DNA from: Auanema rhodensis
Taxonomy: Eukaryota > Animalia > Nematoda
Assembly: GCA_964057225.1 (NCBI GenBank)
Contig: OZ059894.1
Coordinates: forward strand, 9,176,001 to 9,240,000
Length of the DNA: 64,000 nt
Reading direction: 5' to 3'
Of this stretch, positions 25,001-40,700 are shown one piece after another. The notes below the pieces were generated by a model that was given only the letters and a program-made list of their open reading frames with translations, was not told the origin of the DNA and searched no databases. The translations under genes and the position numbers were made by a program. The first letter of the stretch is position 1, and each line of letters begins with the position of its first letter.

Positions 25001-28000
25001 ATAAAGATTTCTTGAAGAGTTATCAGGATCAGAAAACCACTGTTGAAATCAATTCCAATGTTCAAACTCTGGAATCCTCGAATCTGAATAATACTCATTA
25101 CTGAAACCGAAACTAGGATTCAGATGACCGAGAGAACCCAGAAAAGGAATATTTCAAGGTGTCGGAAGGTAAAACATTGCCCCGAACCAGGATCGAACTG
25201 GTGACCTTTAGATCTTCAGTCTAACGCTCTCCCAACTGAGCTATCGAGGCTATGATTAGACAGAATAAAGAATTCTTGAAGAGTTATAAGGAACAGAAAA
25301 CCACTGTTGAAATCAATTCCAATGACTCTGGAATCCTGGAAACTGAATAATACTCATTACTGAAACCGAAACTAGGATTCAGATGACCGATAGAGCCCAG
25401 AAAAGGAATATTTCAAGGTGTCGGAAGGAAAAACATTGCCCCGAACCAGGATCGAACTGGTGACCTTTAGATCTTCAGTCTAACGCTCTCCCAACTGAGC
25501 TATCGAGGCTATGAGTACACAGAATAAAGATTTCTTGAAGAGTTATCAGGATCAGAAAACCACTGTTGAAATCAATTCCAATGTTCAAACTCTGGAATCC
25601 TCGAATCTGAATAATACTCATTACTGAAACCGAAACTAGGATTCAGATGACCGAGAGAACCCAGAAAAGGAATATTTCAAGGTGTCGGAAGGTAAAACAT
25701 TGCCCCGAACCAGGATCGAACTGGTGACCTTTAGATCTTCAGTCTAACGCTCTCCCAACTGAGCTATCGAGGCTATGATTAGACAGAATAAAGAATTCTT
25801 GAAGAGTTATAAGGAACAGAAAACCACTGTTGAAATCAATTCCAATGTTCAAACTCTGGAATCCTCGAATCTGAATAATACTCATTACTGAAACCGAAAC
25901 TAGGATTCAGATGACCGAGAGAACTCAGAAAAGAAATATTTCAAGGTGTCGGAAGGTAAAACATTGCCCCGAACCAGGATCGAACTGGTGACCTTTAGAT
26001 CTTCAGTCTAACGCTCTCCCAACTGAGCTATCGAGGCTATGAGTAGACAGAATAAAGATTTCTTGAAGAGTTATAAGGATCAGAAAACCACTGTTGAAAT
26101 CAATTCCAATGTTCAAACTCTGGAATCCTCGAATCTGAATAATACTCATTACTGAAACCGAAACTAGGATTCAGATGACCGAGAGAACCCAGAAAAGGAA
26201 TATTTCAAGGTGTCGGAAGGTAAAACATTGCCCCGAACCAGGATCGAACTGGTGACCTTTAGATCTTCAGTCTAACGCTCTCCCAACTGAGCTATCGAGG
26301 CTATGATTAGACAGAATAAAGAATTCTTGAAGAGTTATCAGGAACAGAAAACTATAGTTGAAATCAATTCCAATGTTCAAACTCTGGAATTCTGGAAACT
26401 GAATAATACTCATTACTGAAACCGAAACTAGAATTCAGAGGACCGATAGAACTCAGAAAAAGAATATTTCAAGGTGTCTGAAGGTAAAACATTGCCCCGA
26501 ACCAGGATCGAACTGGTGACCTTTAGATCTTCAGTCTAACGCTCTCCCAACTGAGCTATCGAGGCTATGATTAGACAGAATAAAGAATTCTTGAAGAGTT
26601 ATCAGGAACAGAAAACTATTGTTGAAAGCAATTCCAATGTTCAAACTCTGGAATTCTGGAAACTGAATAATACTCATTACTGCAACCGAAACTAGGATTC
26701 AGAGGACCGATAGAACTCAGAAAAAGAATATTTCAAGGTGTCTGAAGGTAAAACATTGCCCCGAACCAGGATCGAACTGGTGACCTTTAGATCTTCAGTC
26801 TAACGCTCTCCCAACTGAGCTATCGAGGCTATGATTAGACAGAATAAAGAATTCTTGAAGAGTTATCAGGAACAGAAAACCATAGTTGAAATCAATTCCA
26901 ATGTTCAAACTCTGGAATCCTCGAATCTGAATATTACTCATTACTGAAACCGAAACTAGGATTCAGATGACCGATAGAATTCAGAAAAAGAATATTTCAA
27001 GGTGTCGGAATGTAAAACATTGCCCCGAACCAGGATCGAACTGGTGACCTTTAGATCTTCAGTCTAACGCTCTCCCAACTGAGCTATCGAGGCTATGCTT
27101 AGACAGAATAAAGAATTCTTGAAGAGTTATCAGGAACAGAAAACCATAGTTGAAATCAATTCCAATGTTCAAACTCTGGAATCCTCGAATCTGAATATTA
27201 CTCATTACTGAAACCTAAGCTAGGATTCAGATGACCGATAGAACTCAGAAAAGGAATATTTCAAGGTGTCTGAAGGTAAAACATTGCCCCGAACCATGAT
27301 CGAACTGGTGACCTTTAGATCTTCAGTCTAACGCTCTCCCAACTGAGCTATCGAGGCTATGAGTAGACAGAATAAAGATTTCTTGAAGAGTTATAAGGAT
27401 CAGAAAACCACTGTTGAAATCAATTCCAATGTTCAAACTCTGGAATCCTCGAATCTGAATATTACTCATTACTGAAACCTAAGCTAGGATTCAGATGACC
27501 GATAGAACTCAGAAAAAGAATATTTCAAGGTGTCGGAATGTAAAACATTGCCCCGAACCAGGATCGAACTGGTGACCTTTAGATCTTCAGTCTAACGCTC
27601 TCCCAACTGAGCTATCGAGGCTATGCTTAGACAGAATAAAGAATTCTTGAAGAGTTATCAGGAACAGAAAACCATAGTTGAAATCAATTCCAATGTTCAA
27701 ACTCTGGAATCCTCGAATCTGAATATTACTCATTACTGAAACCGAAACTAGGATTCAGATGACCGATAGAACTCAGAAAAAGAATATTTCAAGGTGTCTG
27801 AAGGTAAAACATTGCCCCGAACCATGATCGAACTGGTGACCTTTAGATCTTCAGTCTAACGCTCTCCCAACTGAGCTATCGAGGCTATGCTTAGACATAA
27901 TAAAGAATTCTTGAAGAGTTATCAGGAACAGAAAACCATAGTTGAAATCAATTCCAATGTTCAAACTCTGGAATCCTCGAATCTGAATATTACTCATTAC

Positions 28001-31000
28001 TGAAACCTAAGCTAGGATTCAGATGACCGATAGAACTCAGAAAAGGAATATTTCAAGGTGTCTGAAGGTAAAACATTGCCCCGAACCAGGATCGAACTGG
28101 TGACCTTTAGATCTTCAGTCTAACGCTCTCCCAACTGAGCTATCGAGGCTATGAGTAGACAGAATAAAGATTTCTTGAAGAGTTATAAGGATCAGAAAAC
28201 CACTGTTGAAATCAATTCCAATGTTCAAACTCTGGAATCCTCGAATCTGAATATTACTCATTACTGAAACCTAAGCTAGGATTCAGATGACCGATAGAAC
28301 TCAGAAAAAGAATATTTCAAGGTGTCGGAATGTAAAACATTGCCCCGAACCAGGATCGAACTGGTGACCTTTAGATCTTCAGTCTAACGCTCTCCCAACT
28401 GAGCTATCGAGGCTATGCTTAGACAGAATAAAGAATTCTTGAAGAGTTATCAGGAACAGAAAACTATTGTTGAAATCAATTCCAATGTTCAAACTCTGGA
28501 ATTCTGGAAACTGAATAAAACTCATTACTGAAACCGAAACTAGGATTCAGAGGACCGATAGAACTCAGAAAAAGAATATTTCAAGGTGTCTGAAGGTAAA
28601 ACATTGCCCCGAACCAGGATCGAACTGGTGACCTTTAGATCTTCAGTCTAACGCTCTCCCAACTGAGCTATCGAGGCTATGAGTAGACAGAATAAAGATT
28701 TCTTGAAGAGTTATCAGGAACAGAAAACTATTGTTGAAATCAATTCCAATGTTCAAACTCTGGAATTCTGGAAACTGAATAAAACTCATTACTGAAACCG
28801 AAACTAGGATTCAGAGGACCGATAGAACTCAGAAAAAGAATAGTTCAAGGTGTCTGAAGGTAAAACATTGCCCCGAACCAGGATCGAACTGGTGACCTTT
28901 AGATCTTCAGTCTAACGCTCTCCCAACTGAGCTATCGAGGCTATGAGTAGAAAGAATAAAGAATTCTTGAAGAGTTATCAGGAACAGAAAACTATTGTTG
29001 AAATCAATTCCAATGTTCAAACTCTGGAATTCTGGAAACTGAATAAAACTCATTACTGAAACCGAAACTAGGATTCAGAGGACCGATAGAACTCAGAAAA
29101 AGAATATTTCAAGGTGTCTGAAGGTAAAACATTGCCCCGAACCATGATCGAACTGGTGACCTTTAGATCTTCAGTCTAACGCTCTCCCAACTGAGCTATC
29201 GAGGCTATGATTAGACAGAATAAAGAATTCTTGAAGAGTTATCAGGAACAGAAAACTATTGTTGAAAGCAATTCCAATGTTCAAACTCTGGAATTCTGGA
29301 AACTGAATAATACTCATTACTGAAACCGAAACTAGGATTCAGAGGACCGATAGAACTCAGAAAAAGAATATTTCAAGGTGTCTGAAGGTAAAACATTGCC
29401 CCGAACCAGGATCGAACTGGTGACCTTTAGATCTTCAGTCTAACGCTCTCCCAACTGAGCTATCGAGGCTATGATTAGACAGAATAAAGAATTCTTGAAG
29501 AGTTATCAGGAACAGAAAACTATAGTTGAAATCAATTCCAATGTTCAAACTCTGGAATTCTGGAAACTGAATAATACTCATTACTGAAACCGAAACTAGA
29601 ATTCAGATGACCGATAGAACTCAGAAAAAGAATATTTCAAGGTGTCTGAAGGTAAAACATTGCCCCGAACCATGATCGAACTGGTGACCTTTAGATCTTC
29701 AGTCTAACGCTCTCCCAACTGAGCTATCGAGGCTATGATTAGACAGAATAAAGAATTCTTGAAGAGTTATCAGGAACAGAAAACTACTGTTGAAAGCAAT
29801 TCCAATGTTCAAACTCTGGAATTCTGGAAACTGAATAATACTCATTACTGAAACCGAAACTAGGATTCAGAGGACCGATAGAACTCAGAAAAAGAATATT
29901 TCAAGGTGTCTGAAGGTAAAACATTGCCCCGAACCAGGATCGAACTGGTGACCTTTAGATCTTCAGTCTAACGCTCTCCCAACTGAGCTATCGAGGCTAT
30001 GATTAGACAGAATAAAGAATTCTTGAAGAGTTATCAGGAACAGAAAACCATAGTTGAAATCAATTCCAATGTTCAAACTCTGGAATCCTCGAATCTGAAT
30101 ATTACTCATTACTGAAACCGAAACTAGGATTCAGATGACCGATAGAATTCAGAAAAAGAATATTTCAAGGTGTCGGAATGTAAAACATTGCCCCGAACCA
30201 GGATCGAACTGGTGACCTTTAGATCTTCAGTCTAACGCTCTCCCAACTGAGCTATCGAGGCTATGCTTAGACAGAATAAAGAATTCTTGAAGAGTTATCA
30301 GGAACAGAAAACCATAGTTGAAATCAATTCCAATGTTCAAACTCTGGAATCCTCGAATCTGAATATTACTCATTACTGAAACCTAAGCTAGGATTCAGAT
30401 GACCGATAGAACTCAGAAAAGGAATATTTCAAGGTGTCTGAAGGTAAAACATTGCCCCGAACCAGGATCGAACTGGTGACCTTTAGATCTTCAGTCTAAC
30501 GCTCTCCCAACTGAGCTATCGAGGCTATGAGTAGACAGAATAAAGATTTCTTGAAGAGTTATCAGGAACAGAAAACCATAGTTGAAATCAATTCCAATGT
30601 TCAAACTCTGGAATCCTCGAATCTGAATATTACTCATTACTGAAACCTAAGCTAGGATTCAGATGACCGATAGAACTCAGAAAAGGAATATTTCAAGGTG
30701 TCGGAATGTAAAACATTGCCCCGAACCAGGATCGAACTGGTGACCTTTAGATCTTCAGTCTAACGCTCTCCCAACTGAGCTATCGAGGCTATGCTTAGAC
30801 AGAATAAAGAATTCTTGAAGAGTTATCAGGATCAGAAAACCACTGTTGAAATCAATTCCAATGTTCAAACTCTGGAATCCTCGAATCTGAATATTACTCA
30901 TTACTGAAACCTAAGCTAGGATTCAGATGACCGATAGAACTCAGAAAAAGAATATTTCAAGGTGTCGGAATGTAAAACATTGCCCCGAACCAGGATCGAA

Positions 31001-34000
31001 CTGGTGACCTTTAGATCTTCAGTCTAACGCTCTCCCAACTGAGCTATCGAGGCTATGCTTAGACAGAATAAAGAATTCTTGAAGAGTTATCAGGAACAGA
31101 AAACCATAGTTGAAATCAATTCCAATGTTCAAACTCTGGAATCCTCGAATCTGAATATTACTCATTACTGAAACCGAAACTAGGATTCAGATGACCGATA
31201 GAACTCAGAAAAAGAATATTTCAAGGTGTCTGAAGGTAAAACATTGCCCCGAACCATGATCGAACTGGTGACCTTTAGATCTTCAGTCTAACGCTCTCCC
31301 AACTGAGCTATCGAGGCTATGCTTAGACATAATAAAGAATTCTTGAAGAGTTATCAGGAACAGAAAACCATAGTTGAAATCAATTCCAATGTTCAAACTC
31401 TGGAATCCTCGAATCTGAATATTACTCATTACTGAAACCTAAGCTAGGATTCAGATGACCGATAGAACTCAGAAAAGGAATATTTCAAGGTGTCTGAAGG
31501 TAAAACATTGCCCCGAACCAGGATCGAACTGGTGACCTTTAGATCTTCAGTCTAACGCTCTCCCAACTGAGCTATCGAGGCTATGAGTAGACAGAATAAA
31601 GATTTCTTGAAGAGTTATCAGGAACAGAAAACTATTGTTGAAATCAATTCCAATGTTCAAACTCTGGAATTCTGGAAACTGAATAAAACTCATTACTGAA
31701 ACCGAAACTAGGATTCAGAGGACCGATAGAACTCAGAAAAAGAATATTTCAAGGTGTCTGAAGGTAAAACATTGCCCCGAACCAGGATCGAACTGGTGAC
31801 CTTTAGATCTTCAGTCTAACGCTCTCCCAACTGAGCTATCGAGGCTATGCTTAGACAGAATAAAGATTTCTTGAAGAGTTATCAGGAACAGAAAACTATT
31901 GTTGAAATCAATTCCAATGTTCAAACTCTGGAATTCTGGAAACTGAATAAAACTCATTACTGAAACCGAAACTAGGATTCAGAGGACCGATAGAACTCAG
32001 AAAAAGAATATTTCAAGGTGTCTGAAGGTAAAACATTGCCCCGAACCAGGATCGAACTGGTGACCTTTAGATCTTCAGTCTAACGCTCTCCCAACTGAGC
32101 TATCGAGGCTATGCTTAGACAGAATAAAGATTTCTTGAAGAGTTATCAGGAACAGAAAACTATTGTTGAAATCAATTCCAATGTTCAAACTCTGGAATTC
32201 TGGAAACTGAATAAAACTCATTACTGAAACCTAAGCTAGGATTCAGATGACCGATAGAACTCAGAAAAAGAATATTTCAAGGTGTCGGAATGTAAAACAT
32301 TGCCCCGAACCAGGATCGAACTGGTGACCTTTAGATCTTCAGTCTAACGCTCTCCCAACTGAGCTATCGAGGCTATGCTTAGACAGAATAAAGATTTCTT
32401 GAAGAGTTATCAGGAACAGAAAACTATTGTTGAAATCAATTCCAATGTTCAAACTCTGGAATTCTGGAAACTGAATAAAACTCATTACTGAAACCGAAAC
32501 TAGGATTCAGAGGACCGATAGAACTCAGAAAAAGAATATTTCAAGGTGTCTGAAGGTAAAACATTGCCCCGAACCAGGATCGAACTGGTGACCTTTAGAT
32601 CTTCAGTCTAACGCTCTCCCAACTGAGCTATCGAGGCTATGAGTAGACAGAATAAAGATTTCTTGAAGAGTTATCAGGAACAGAAAACTATTGTTGAAAT
32701 CAATTCCAATGTTCAAACTCTGGAATTCTGGAAACTGAATAAAACTCATTACTGAAACCGAAACTAGGATTCAGAGGACCGATAGAACTCAGAAAAAGAA
32801 TATTTCAAGGTGTCTGAAGGTAAAACATTGCCCCGAACCAGGATCGAACTGGTGACCTTTAGATCTTCAGTCTAACGCTCTCCCAACTGAGCTATCGAGG
32901 CTATGAGTAGACAGAATAAAGATTTCTTGAAGAGTTATCAGGAACAGAAAACTATTGTTGAAATCAATTCCAATGTTCAAACTCTGGAATTCTGGAAACT
33001 GAATAAAACTCATTACTGAAACCGAAACTAGGATTCAGAGGACCGATAGAACTCAGAAAAAGAATATTTCAAGGTGTCTGAAGGTAAAACATTGCCCCGA
33101 ACCAGGATCGAACTGGTGACCTTTAGATCTTCAGTCTAACGCTCTCCCAACTGAGCTATCGAGGCTATGAGTAGAAAGAATAAAGAATTCTTGAAGAGTT
33201 ATCAGGAACAGAAAACTATTGTTGAAATCAATTCCAATGTTCAAACTCTGGAATTCTGGAAACTGAATAAAACTCATTACTGAAACCGAAACTAGGATTC
33301 AGAGGACCGATAGAACTCAGAAAAAGAATATTTCAAGGTGTCTGAAGGTAAAACATTGCCCCGAACCAGGATCGAACTGGTGACCTTTAGATCTTCAGTC
33401 TAACGCTCTCCCAACTGAGCTATCGAGGCTATGAGTAGAAAGAATAAAGAATTCTTGAAGAGTTATCAGGAACAGAAAACTATTGTTGAAATCAATTCCA
33501 ATGTTCAAACTCTGGAATTCTGGAAACTGAATAAAACTCATTACTGAAACCGAAACTAGAATTCAGATGACCGATAGAACTCAGAAAAAGAATATTTCAA
33601 GGTGTCGGAATGTAAAACATTGCCCCGAACCAGGATCGAACTGGTGACCTTTAGATCTTCAGTCTAACGCTCTCCCAACTGAGCTATCGAGGCTATGATT
33701 AGACAGAATAAAGAATTCTTGAAGAGTTATCAGGAACAGAAAACCATAGTTGAAATCAATTCCAATGTTCAAACTCTGGAATCCTCGAATCTGAATATTA
33801 CTCATTACTGAAACCGAAACTAGGATTCAGATGACCGATAGAACTCAGAAAAAGAATATTTCAAGGTGTCGGAATGTAAAACATTGCCCCGAACCAGGAT
33901 CTAACTGGTGACCTTTAGATCTTCAGTCTAACGCTCTCCCAACTGAGCTATCGAGGCTATGATTAGACAGAATAAAGAATTCTTGAAGAGTTATCAGGAA

Positions 34001-36669
34001 CAGAAAACTATTGTTGAAATCAATTCCAATGTTCAAACTCTGGAATCCTCGAATCTGAATATTACTCATTACTGAAACCGAAACTAGGATTCAGATGAAC
34101 GAGAGAACCCAGAAAAGGAATATTTCAAGGTGTCGGAAGGTAAAACATTGCCCCGAACCAGGATCGAACTGGTGACCTTTAGATCTTCAGTCTAACGCTC
34201 TCCCAACTGAGCTATCGAGGCTATGAGTAGACAGAATAAAGATTTCTTGAAGAGTTATAAGGATCAGAAAACCACTGTTGAAATCAATTCCAATGTTCAA
34301 ACTCTGGAATTCTGGAAACTGAATAATACTCATTACTGAAACCGAAACTAGGATTCAGATGACCGAGAGAACTCAGAAAAAGAATATTTCAAGGTGTCGG
34401 AAGGAAAAACATTGCCCCGAACCAGGATCGAACTGGTGACCTTTAGATCTTCAGTCTAACGCTCTCCCAACTGAGCTATCGAGGCTATGATTAGACAGAA
34501 TAAAGAATTCTTGAAGAGTTATCAGGAACAGAAAACTATTGTTGAAATCAATTCCAATGTTCAAACTCTGGAATCCTCGAATCTGAATATTACTCATTAC
34601 TGAAACCGAAACTAGGATTCAGATGAACGAGAGAACCCAGAAAAGGAATATTTCAAGGTGTCGGAAGGTAAAACATTGCCCCGAACCAGGATCGAACTGG
34701 TGACCTTTAGATCTTCAGTCTAACGCTCTCCCAACTGAGCTATCGAGGCTATGATTAGACAGAATAAAGAATTCTTGAAGAGTTATAAGGAACAGAAAAC
34801 CACTGTTCAAATCAATTCCAATGACTCTGGAATCCTGGAAACTGAATAATACTCATTACTGAAACCGAAACTAGGATTCAGATGACCGATAGAACCCAGA
34901 AAAGGAATATTTCAAGGTGTCGGAAGGAAAAACATTGCCCCGAACCAGGATCGAACTGGTGACCTTTAGATCTTCAGTCTAACGCTCTCCCAACTGAGCT
35001 ATCGAGGCTATGAGTACACAGAATAAAGATTTCTTGAAGAGTTATCAGGATCAGAAAACCACTGTTGAAATCAATTCCAATGTTCAAACTCTGGAATCCT
35101 CGAATCTGAATAATACTCATTACTGAAACCGAAACTAGGATTCAGATGACCGAGAGAACCCAGAAAAGGAATATTTCAAGGTGTCGGAAGGTAAAACATT
35201 GCCCCGAACCAGGATCGAACTGGTGACCTTTAGATCTTCAGTCTAACGCTCTCCCAACTGAGCTATCGAGGCTATGATTAGACAGAATAAAGAATTCTTG
35301 AAGAGTTATAAGGAACAGAAAACCACTGTTGAAATCAATTCCAATGTTCAAACTCTGGAATCCTCGAATCTGAATAATACTCATTACTGAAACCGAAACT
35401 AGGATTCAGATGACCGAGAGAACTCAGAAAAGAAATATTTCAAGGTGTCGGAAGGTAAAACATTGCCCCGAACCAGGATCGAACTGGTGACCTTTAGATC
35501 TTCAGTCTAACGCTCTCCCAACTGAGCTATCGAGGCTATGAGTAGACAGAATAAAGATTTCTTGAAGAGTTATAAGGTTCAGAAAACCACTGTTGAAATC
35601 AATTCCAATGTTCAAACTCTGGAATCCTCGAATCTGAATAATACTCATTACTGAAACCGAAACTAGGATTCAGATGACCGAGAGAACCCAGAAAAGGAAT
35701 ATTTCAAGGTGTCGGAAGGTAAAACATTGCCCCGAACCAGGATCGAACTGGTGACCTTTAGATCTTCAGTCTAACGCTCTCCCAACTGAGCTATCGAGGC
35801 TATGATTAGACAGAATAAAGAATTCTTGAAGAGTTATCAGGAACAGAAAACTATTGTTGAAAGCAATTCCAATGTTCAAACTCTGGAATTCTGGAAACTG
35901 AATAATACTCATTACTGAAACCGAAACTAGAATTCAGATGACCGATAGAACTCAGAAAAAGAATATTTCAAGGTGTCTGAAGGTAAAACATTGCCCCGAA
36001 CCAGGATCGAACTGGTGACCTTTAGATCTTCAGTCTAACGCTCTCCCAACTGAGCTATCGAGGCTCTGATTAGACAGAATAAAGAATTCTTGAAGAGTTA
36101 TCAGGAACAGAAAACTATTGTTGAAAGCAATTCCAATGTTCAAACTCTGGAATTCTGGAAACTGAATAATACTCATTACTGAAACCGAAACTAGGATTCA
36201 GAGGACCGATAGAACTCAGAAAAAGAATATTTCAAGGTGTCGGAAGGTAAAACATTGCCCCGAACCAGGATCGAACTGGTGATCTTTAGATCTTCAGTCT
36301 AACGCTCTCCCAACTGAGCTATCGAGGCTCTGATTAGACAGAATAAAGAATTCTTGAAGAGTTATCAGGAACAGAAAACTATTGTTGAAAGCAATTCCAA
36401 TGTTCAAACTCTGGAATTCTGGAAACTGAATAATACTCATTACTGAAACCGAAACTAGGATTCAGATGACCGAGAGAACCCAGAAAAGGAATATTTCAAG
36501 GTGTCGGAAGGTAAAACATTGCCCCGAACCAGGATCGAACTGGTGACCTTTAGATCTTCAGTCTAACGCTCTCCCAACTGAGCTATCGAGGCTATGATTA
36601 GACAGAATAAGGAATTCTTGAAGAGTTATCAGGAACAGAAAACTATAGTTGAAATCAATTCCAATGTTC
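19026..36669 (-). repeat. tRNA-Phe array block B: 67 full-length copies (first 19111-19183, last 36520-36592)
   Basis: 36520-19111 = 66x264 minus three 5-bp spacer deletions; spacer haplotype 'tccaatgttc'. A partial unit at 17405-17501 belongs to this block. Confidence 0.97.
19111..19183 (-). tRNA. tRNA-Phe(GAA), first copy of block B
   Basis: Identical to the consensus copy. Confidence 0.95.
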
Positions 36670-37035
36670 CGTTCCATTATGCTCCTACGTATATTGAACA
36701 GACCATTGTAGTCTGCTCAACTACGCGTATAGTATTCCATAAGTGTAGCGGTATGGAAACAGAGCATAAGGATTACATAAGATAAGGAAATATATAGGTT
36801 TATTATACACAATACAATATCATTACAATACATTAACACAAGGATAAAGTAAACTACATTTACAAGACAAAGACTAATATATAAGATTAACTAAGTTAGA
36901 TGCAAACCGTCCATGGGCTTGCAAAGGGGCGAACTCCCGAATAGGGGCATGAGGGAAGGCGGTGCCATTCCTCATTCCTCTAGTCGGTCTGGCTCTAACC
37001 CTGCAGTTACATATATAGAGTCTCCGAATGGAACG
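36670..37035 (-). repeat. 3' LTR of element 2
   Basis: Direct repeat of 45682-46047; 9-bp terminal inverted repeat CGTTCCATT/AATGGAACG. Confidence 0.96.
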
Positions 37036-37046
37036 TGCCCTTTTTC
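37036..37046 (-). promoter_or_regulatory. Polypurine tract of element 2
   Basis: Minus strand GAAAAAGGGCA next to the 3' LTR. Confidence 0.8.
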
Positions 37047-37739
37047 AAAGATTGTCGCGACCTCGCGATATTTTAAACAAAAATTTGGGCTTATATGTAA
37101 CTGAGTTTTAGAGTTCAATTGTTTTAGCTTCACAATAACTATAGTATGATAGAGTTTTAGTTAGTATACAAACAAAATTACAATAATTTATAAGAAGGGT
37201 TCAATATAATATGAAGGGACGATGAATTAGAATATTATTAATTTCATAAATTAATTATCTTAATATTCAAGCATTTCCTAATAGAGATTGTAGAATAAAG
37301 GGGCTAGTAATGAATGGGAATATGTTATTATTTTGACTAATGGTCTCAAGAAGTACTCATTTCTAAATTGAACCGAGATTATGATTTAATAATGTGTCTC
37401 CATATGTCTCCCAGAGTGAATCCTTGATTACTAATGGAGACTACCACTTAAGATGAAATTGTGGTTGATACGCCTACCAGTGTTCATCTCATCTTATTTG
37501 GAGAGGCACATGGAGCTCGGATGGTTGTCAAAATGTCCTCTAGTCCGCATAGGATTACGGTAACTTGGAACCATTAGTCATAACATCTCCTCGTTTAGAA
37601 TTTGCCTTATTTTTCCTTTCTCAATCTCTATTAAATGCTATTTTTATTTTGAATGTTATTTAGCATTAATTTTTTTTTTTTTTTTTAATTCATCGTTATT
37701 TTGTTACAATAATTTAAATAACGTAGCATTATCTTGTTG

Positions 37740-40700
37740 TTATTCTTCTTCATTCCTCGGAAGCCATATTTCGTCTTCATTTTCATCTTCTGGCTCTGTA
37801 TCTATGCTATCCTTGTTGTTCCTGTTGATCACTTCTATTATTTCGATGTCGCTATCTTCTTCTGCTTGACTTTCTCGAAACCTTGCGCGAGTGTTGTAAG
37901 AGATGTTTTGTGAAGCAGGAGAGAAGATTTTCAAGTTATCTTTGTGGATATCTTGTAGTTTTCCTGATGAATTTCTGATTTGAACTTTTGATCCTTCTAC
38001 GTTGATGACTTCGCATGGTCCATCATAGCTTTTCCGAAGCTTTTGGCCGATTTGGTGTGATTTTATAGTCGTCATCACCATGTCGCCCGGTTGAATGTCT
38101 CTATGGTGTGCTCTTTGCGTTCTATCTTTCTTCTTTTTCGCATTTTCTTGATTTTTAGCTATGCGGTTCTTTATTATTTCGTCTCTCTTGTCCATATCTG
38201 GTCTTCTTTGGAGTAATTCTTCAGAAATTTCTTGAATTTTGGTGATCGTTTCTGGTAATTCAGCGTCCATTGACATTCTGCATTCTTTACCGAATAATGC
38301 AATGTATGGCGCAATCCCTGTAGTCGCGTGCTGAATATTGTTAATAGCAAAAGTGATTTTTGGTAATACAGTATCCCAGTCACTAAGGTCCTCTTTTAAG
38401 TAGTGGGTTAATCCTTCTTCGAGGGTTCGGTGAAGTCTTTCCACTTGTCCATTTGAGTTCTTTTGGTGTGGTAGTGTTGGTTCATGTTTGATTCCAAGTT
38501 TAGTACACATTTCTTCGAACTTTTTAGATACAAAGTTTGAACCTCTATCGGTGATCAAGCGATGGGGTGGTCCAAAAATGTAAACGAAATGTCTTAGAAA
38601 TCGATCAATTGTGATTTCCGTTGTTATTTGTGGTACAGCAATTGTTGTTGACCATTTTGTAAATGCGTCTTGCATGGTAATGACGTAGGTACAGTTTCTT
38701 TTTGAAGGGGGAAATGGTCCCATTACGTCCATGTGGACTCGTTCAAATGGCTTGCTTGGTATCTCAAAATGACCTATTGGTTGTACCGTCATGGAATGTG
38801 GATCTTTTTTTCTTTGAGCACATTTAATGCAGTTCTTGATGAATATAGTAATGTCGTTCTGCATATTTGTCCAATAGAATCTTCTTAGAATTGCTTCTTT
38901 TGTTTTAATAATTCCTTGATGTGCTGCAATTGTAGGATCCTCATGAAAAACTTTGATTATTTCCTCAATTATGGGGTGTTCTTGTGGTATTACGATAGCG
39001 GGTTGTGGCTTTTTGTCTGTTGGTTTTGTATAGAGCAAGTCATTTATGACACAATATCTGTCATTAGCTGTCATGTTCTTTTGTGCTCTATATTCAATCT
39101 CCGCTATCGTCCGTTTAATCCAAGGGGTGCTTAGTTGAATTTCCTTTATTGTTGGTGTATTTATGGCGTTAATGTGAATTTCTTCCATTTTCTTCTTCTT
39201 TGTTTCCGGCTTAGCATCGTTAGCTTCTTCACCTATATATCGAGATAGAGCATCGCATACTTTATTTAATTGGCCTGCGCGATATTTTATTTCAATATCA
39301 TATTCTTGGATGACCAGCTGGAACTTCGCAAGACGACCAAATAAGTCTCTGCGTGTCATTAAGCTGGTAAGAGGTCGATGGTCCGTAATACATATAGTAT
39401 GAGTTCCAAGAATGTATGTACGGAATTGATTTAATGCATATACAAGGCCTAATGCTTCTATCTCGATTGGTGCGTAGTTACGTTCGGCTTTAACTAGTTT
39501 TCTGCTTGCAAATGCGATAGGGTGTAGATTTTTCAGAGGTTGTTTTGGATCTTCCGGTTGTAATAATACAGCACCTATGGCGATGTTACTACCGTCGCTT
39601 TCAACTATAAACAAGCGGTCCGATTTAGGTGGGCTTAAAACGGGTGCCTGTATTAAACTTCTTTTAAGGAGGTCTAAAGCTTCTTGATGTTTGTTTTCCC
39701 ATTTGAATTCAGTATCTGCCTTTGTCAGATCGTATAAAGGGCTTGCGATACGTGCAAAATCTTTCATGAATTTGCGAAAGAATCCAACCATTCCCAAGAA
39801 TGCTCGTACACCTGTTGCATTCTTTGGTGCCGGATAATCTTGTATGGCGGCGACTTTTTGAGGGTCAGGTTTTATACCTTGACGTCCTACAATAAGTCCT
39901 AGAAATTTCACTTCTGGTTGAGCAAAAGCGCATTTCTTAAGCTTTATCTTCATTCCCAATTCTTCTACTGCTTGCAGTAAATCATCGATATCTTTGAGAT
40001 GTTGTTCTCTTGTATCAGATATAACTAATAGATCGTCCAAATAAACAAATAGTTTACAAGAACATTTACTTTGCAAATACCTTACTGCTGTTTGAAAGGT
40101 ATGAGGGGCTCCACAAAGGCCCATCGGCATCCGTTTGTACTGGTATGTGCCGGATGTGGTCGTAAATGCTGTTAGTGGTCGATCTGATTTTCTCAAGGAT
40201 ATTTGAAAAAATCCTGACACTAAATCGAAGTTTGAGAAAAATTGGGCGCCTGCTGCCAAATCAACTATGTCAGAAATGCTTGGAATGACATAAGTTTGCT
40301 TGCGTGTGACATTATTTAAAGCTCGAAAATCTGTCACAAACCTATACGTGTCATCTTTCTTCTTAACTAGTACTACAGGGCTATTAAATAGAGATGTAGA
40401 AGGCTCTATTATGCCTTGCTCAAGCATTTCTTTGACTTGTTTTTCAATTTCTTCCTGTTTTCCTAAGGGAATACGTGTTATTCTCGGCTTTGGCATATCC
40501 ATATCTGTTCTCAATGGTATGGTATGCTCTATAGGACCTTTAAATAAGCCTATTTTCCTGTCCTCGTTAAGAAATGCCTCACGATGGCTTTCAATTATTT
40601 TTGTAAGCTCATGTTTTTCTTCTTTCGTGAGATCAGCATTCTCTAGATCAAGATCTTTTATGAAGTCTCTTGGAAAATATGGTAGTTTACTCTCCCAATC

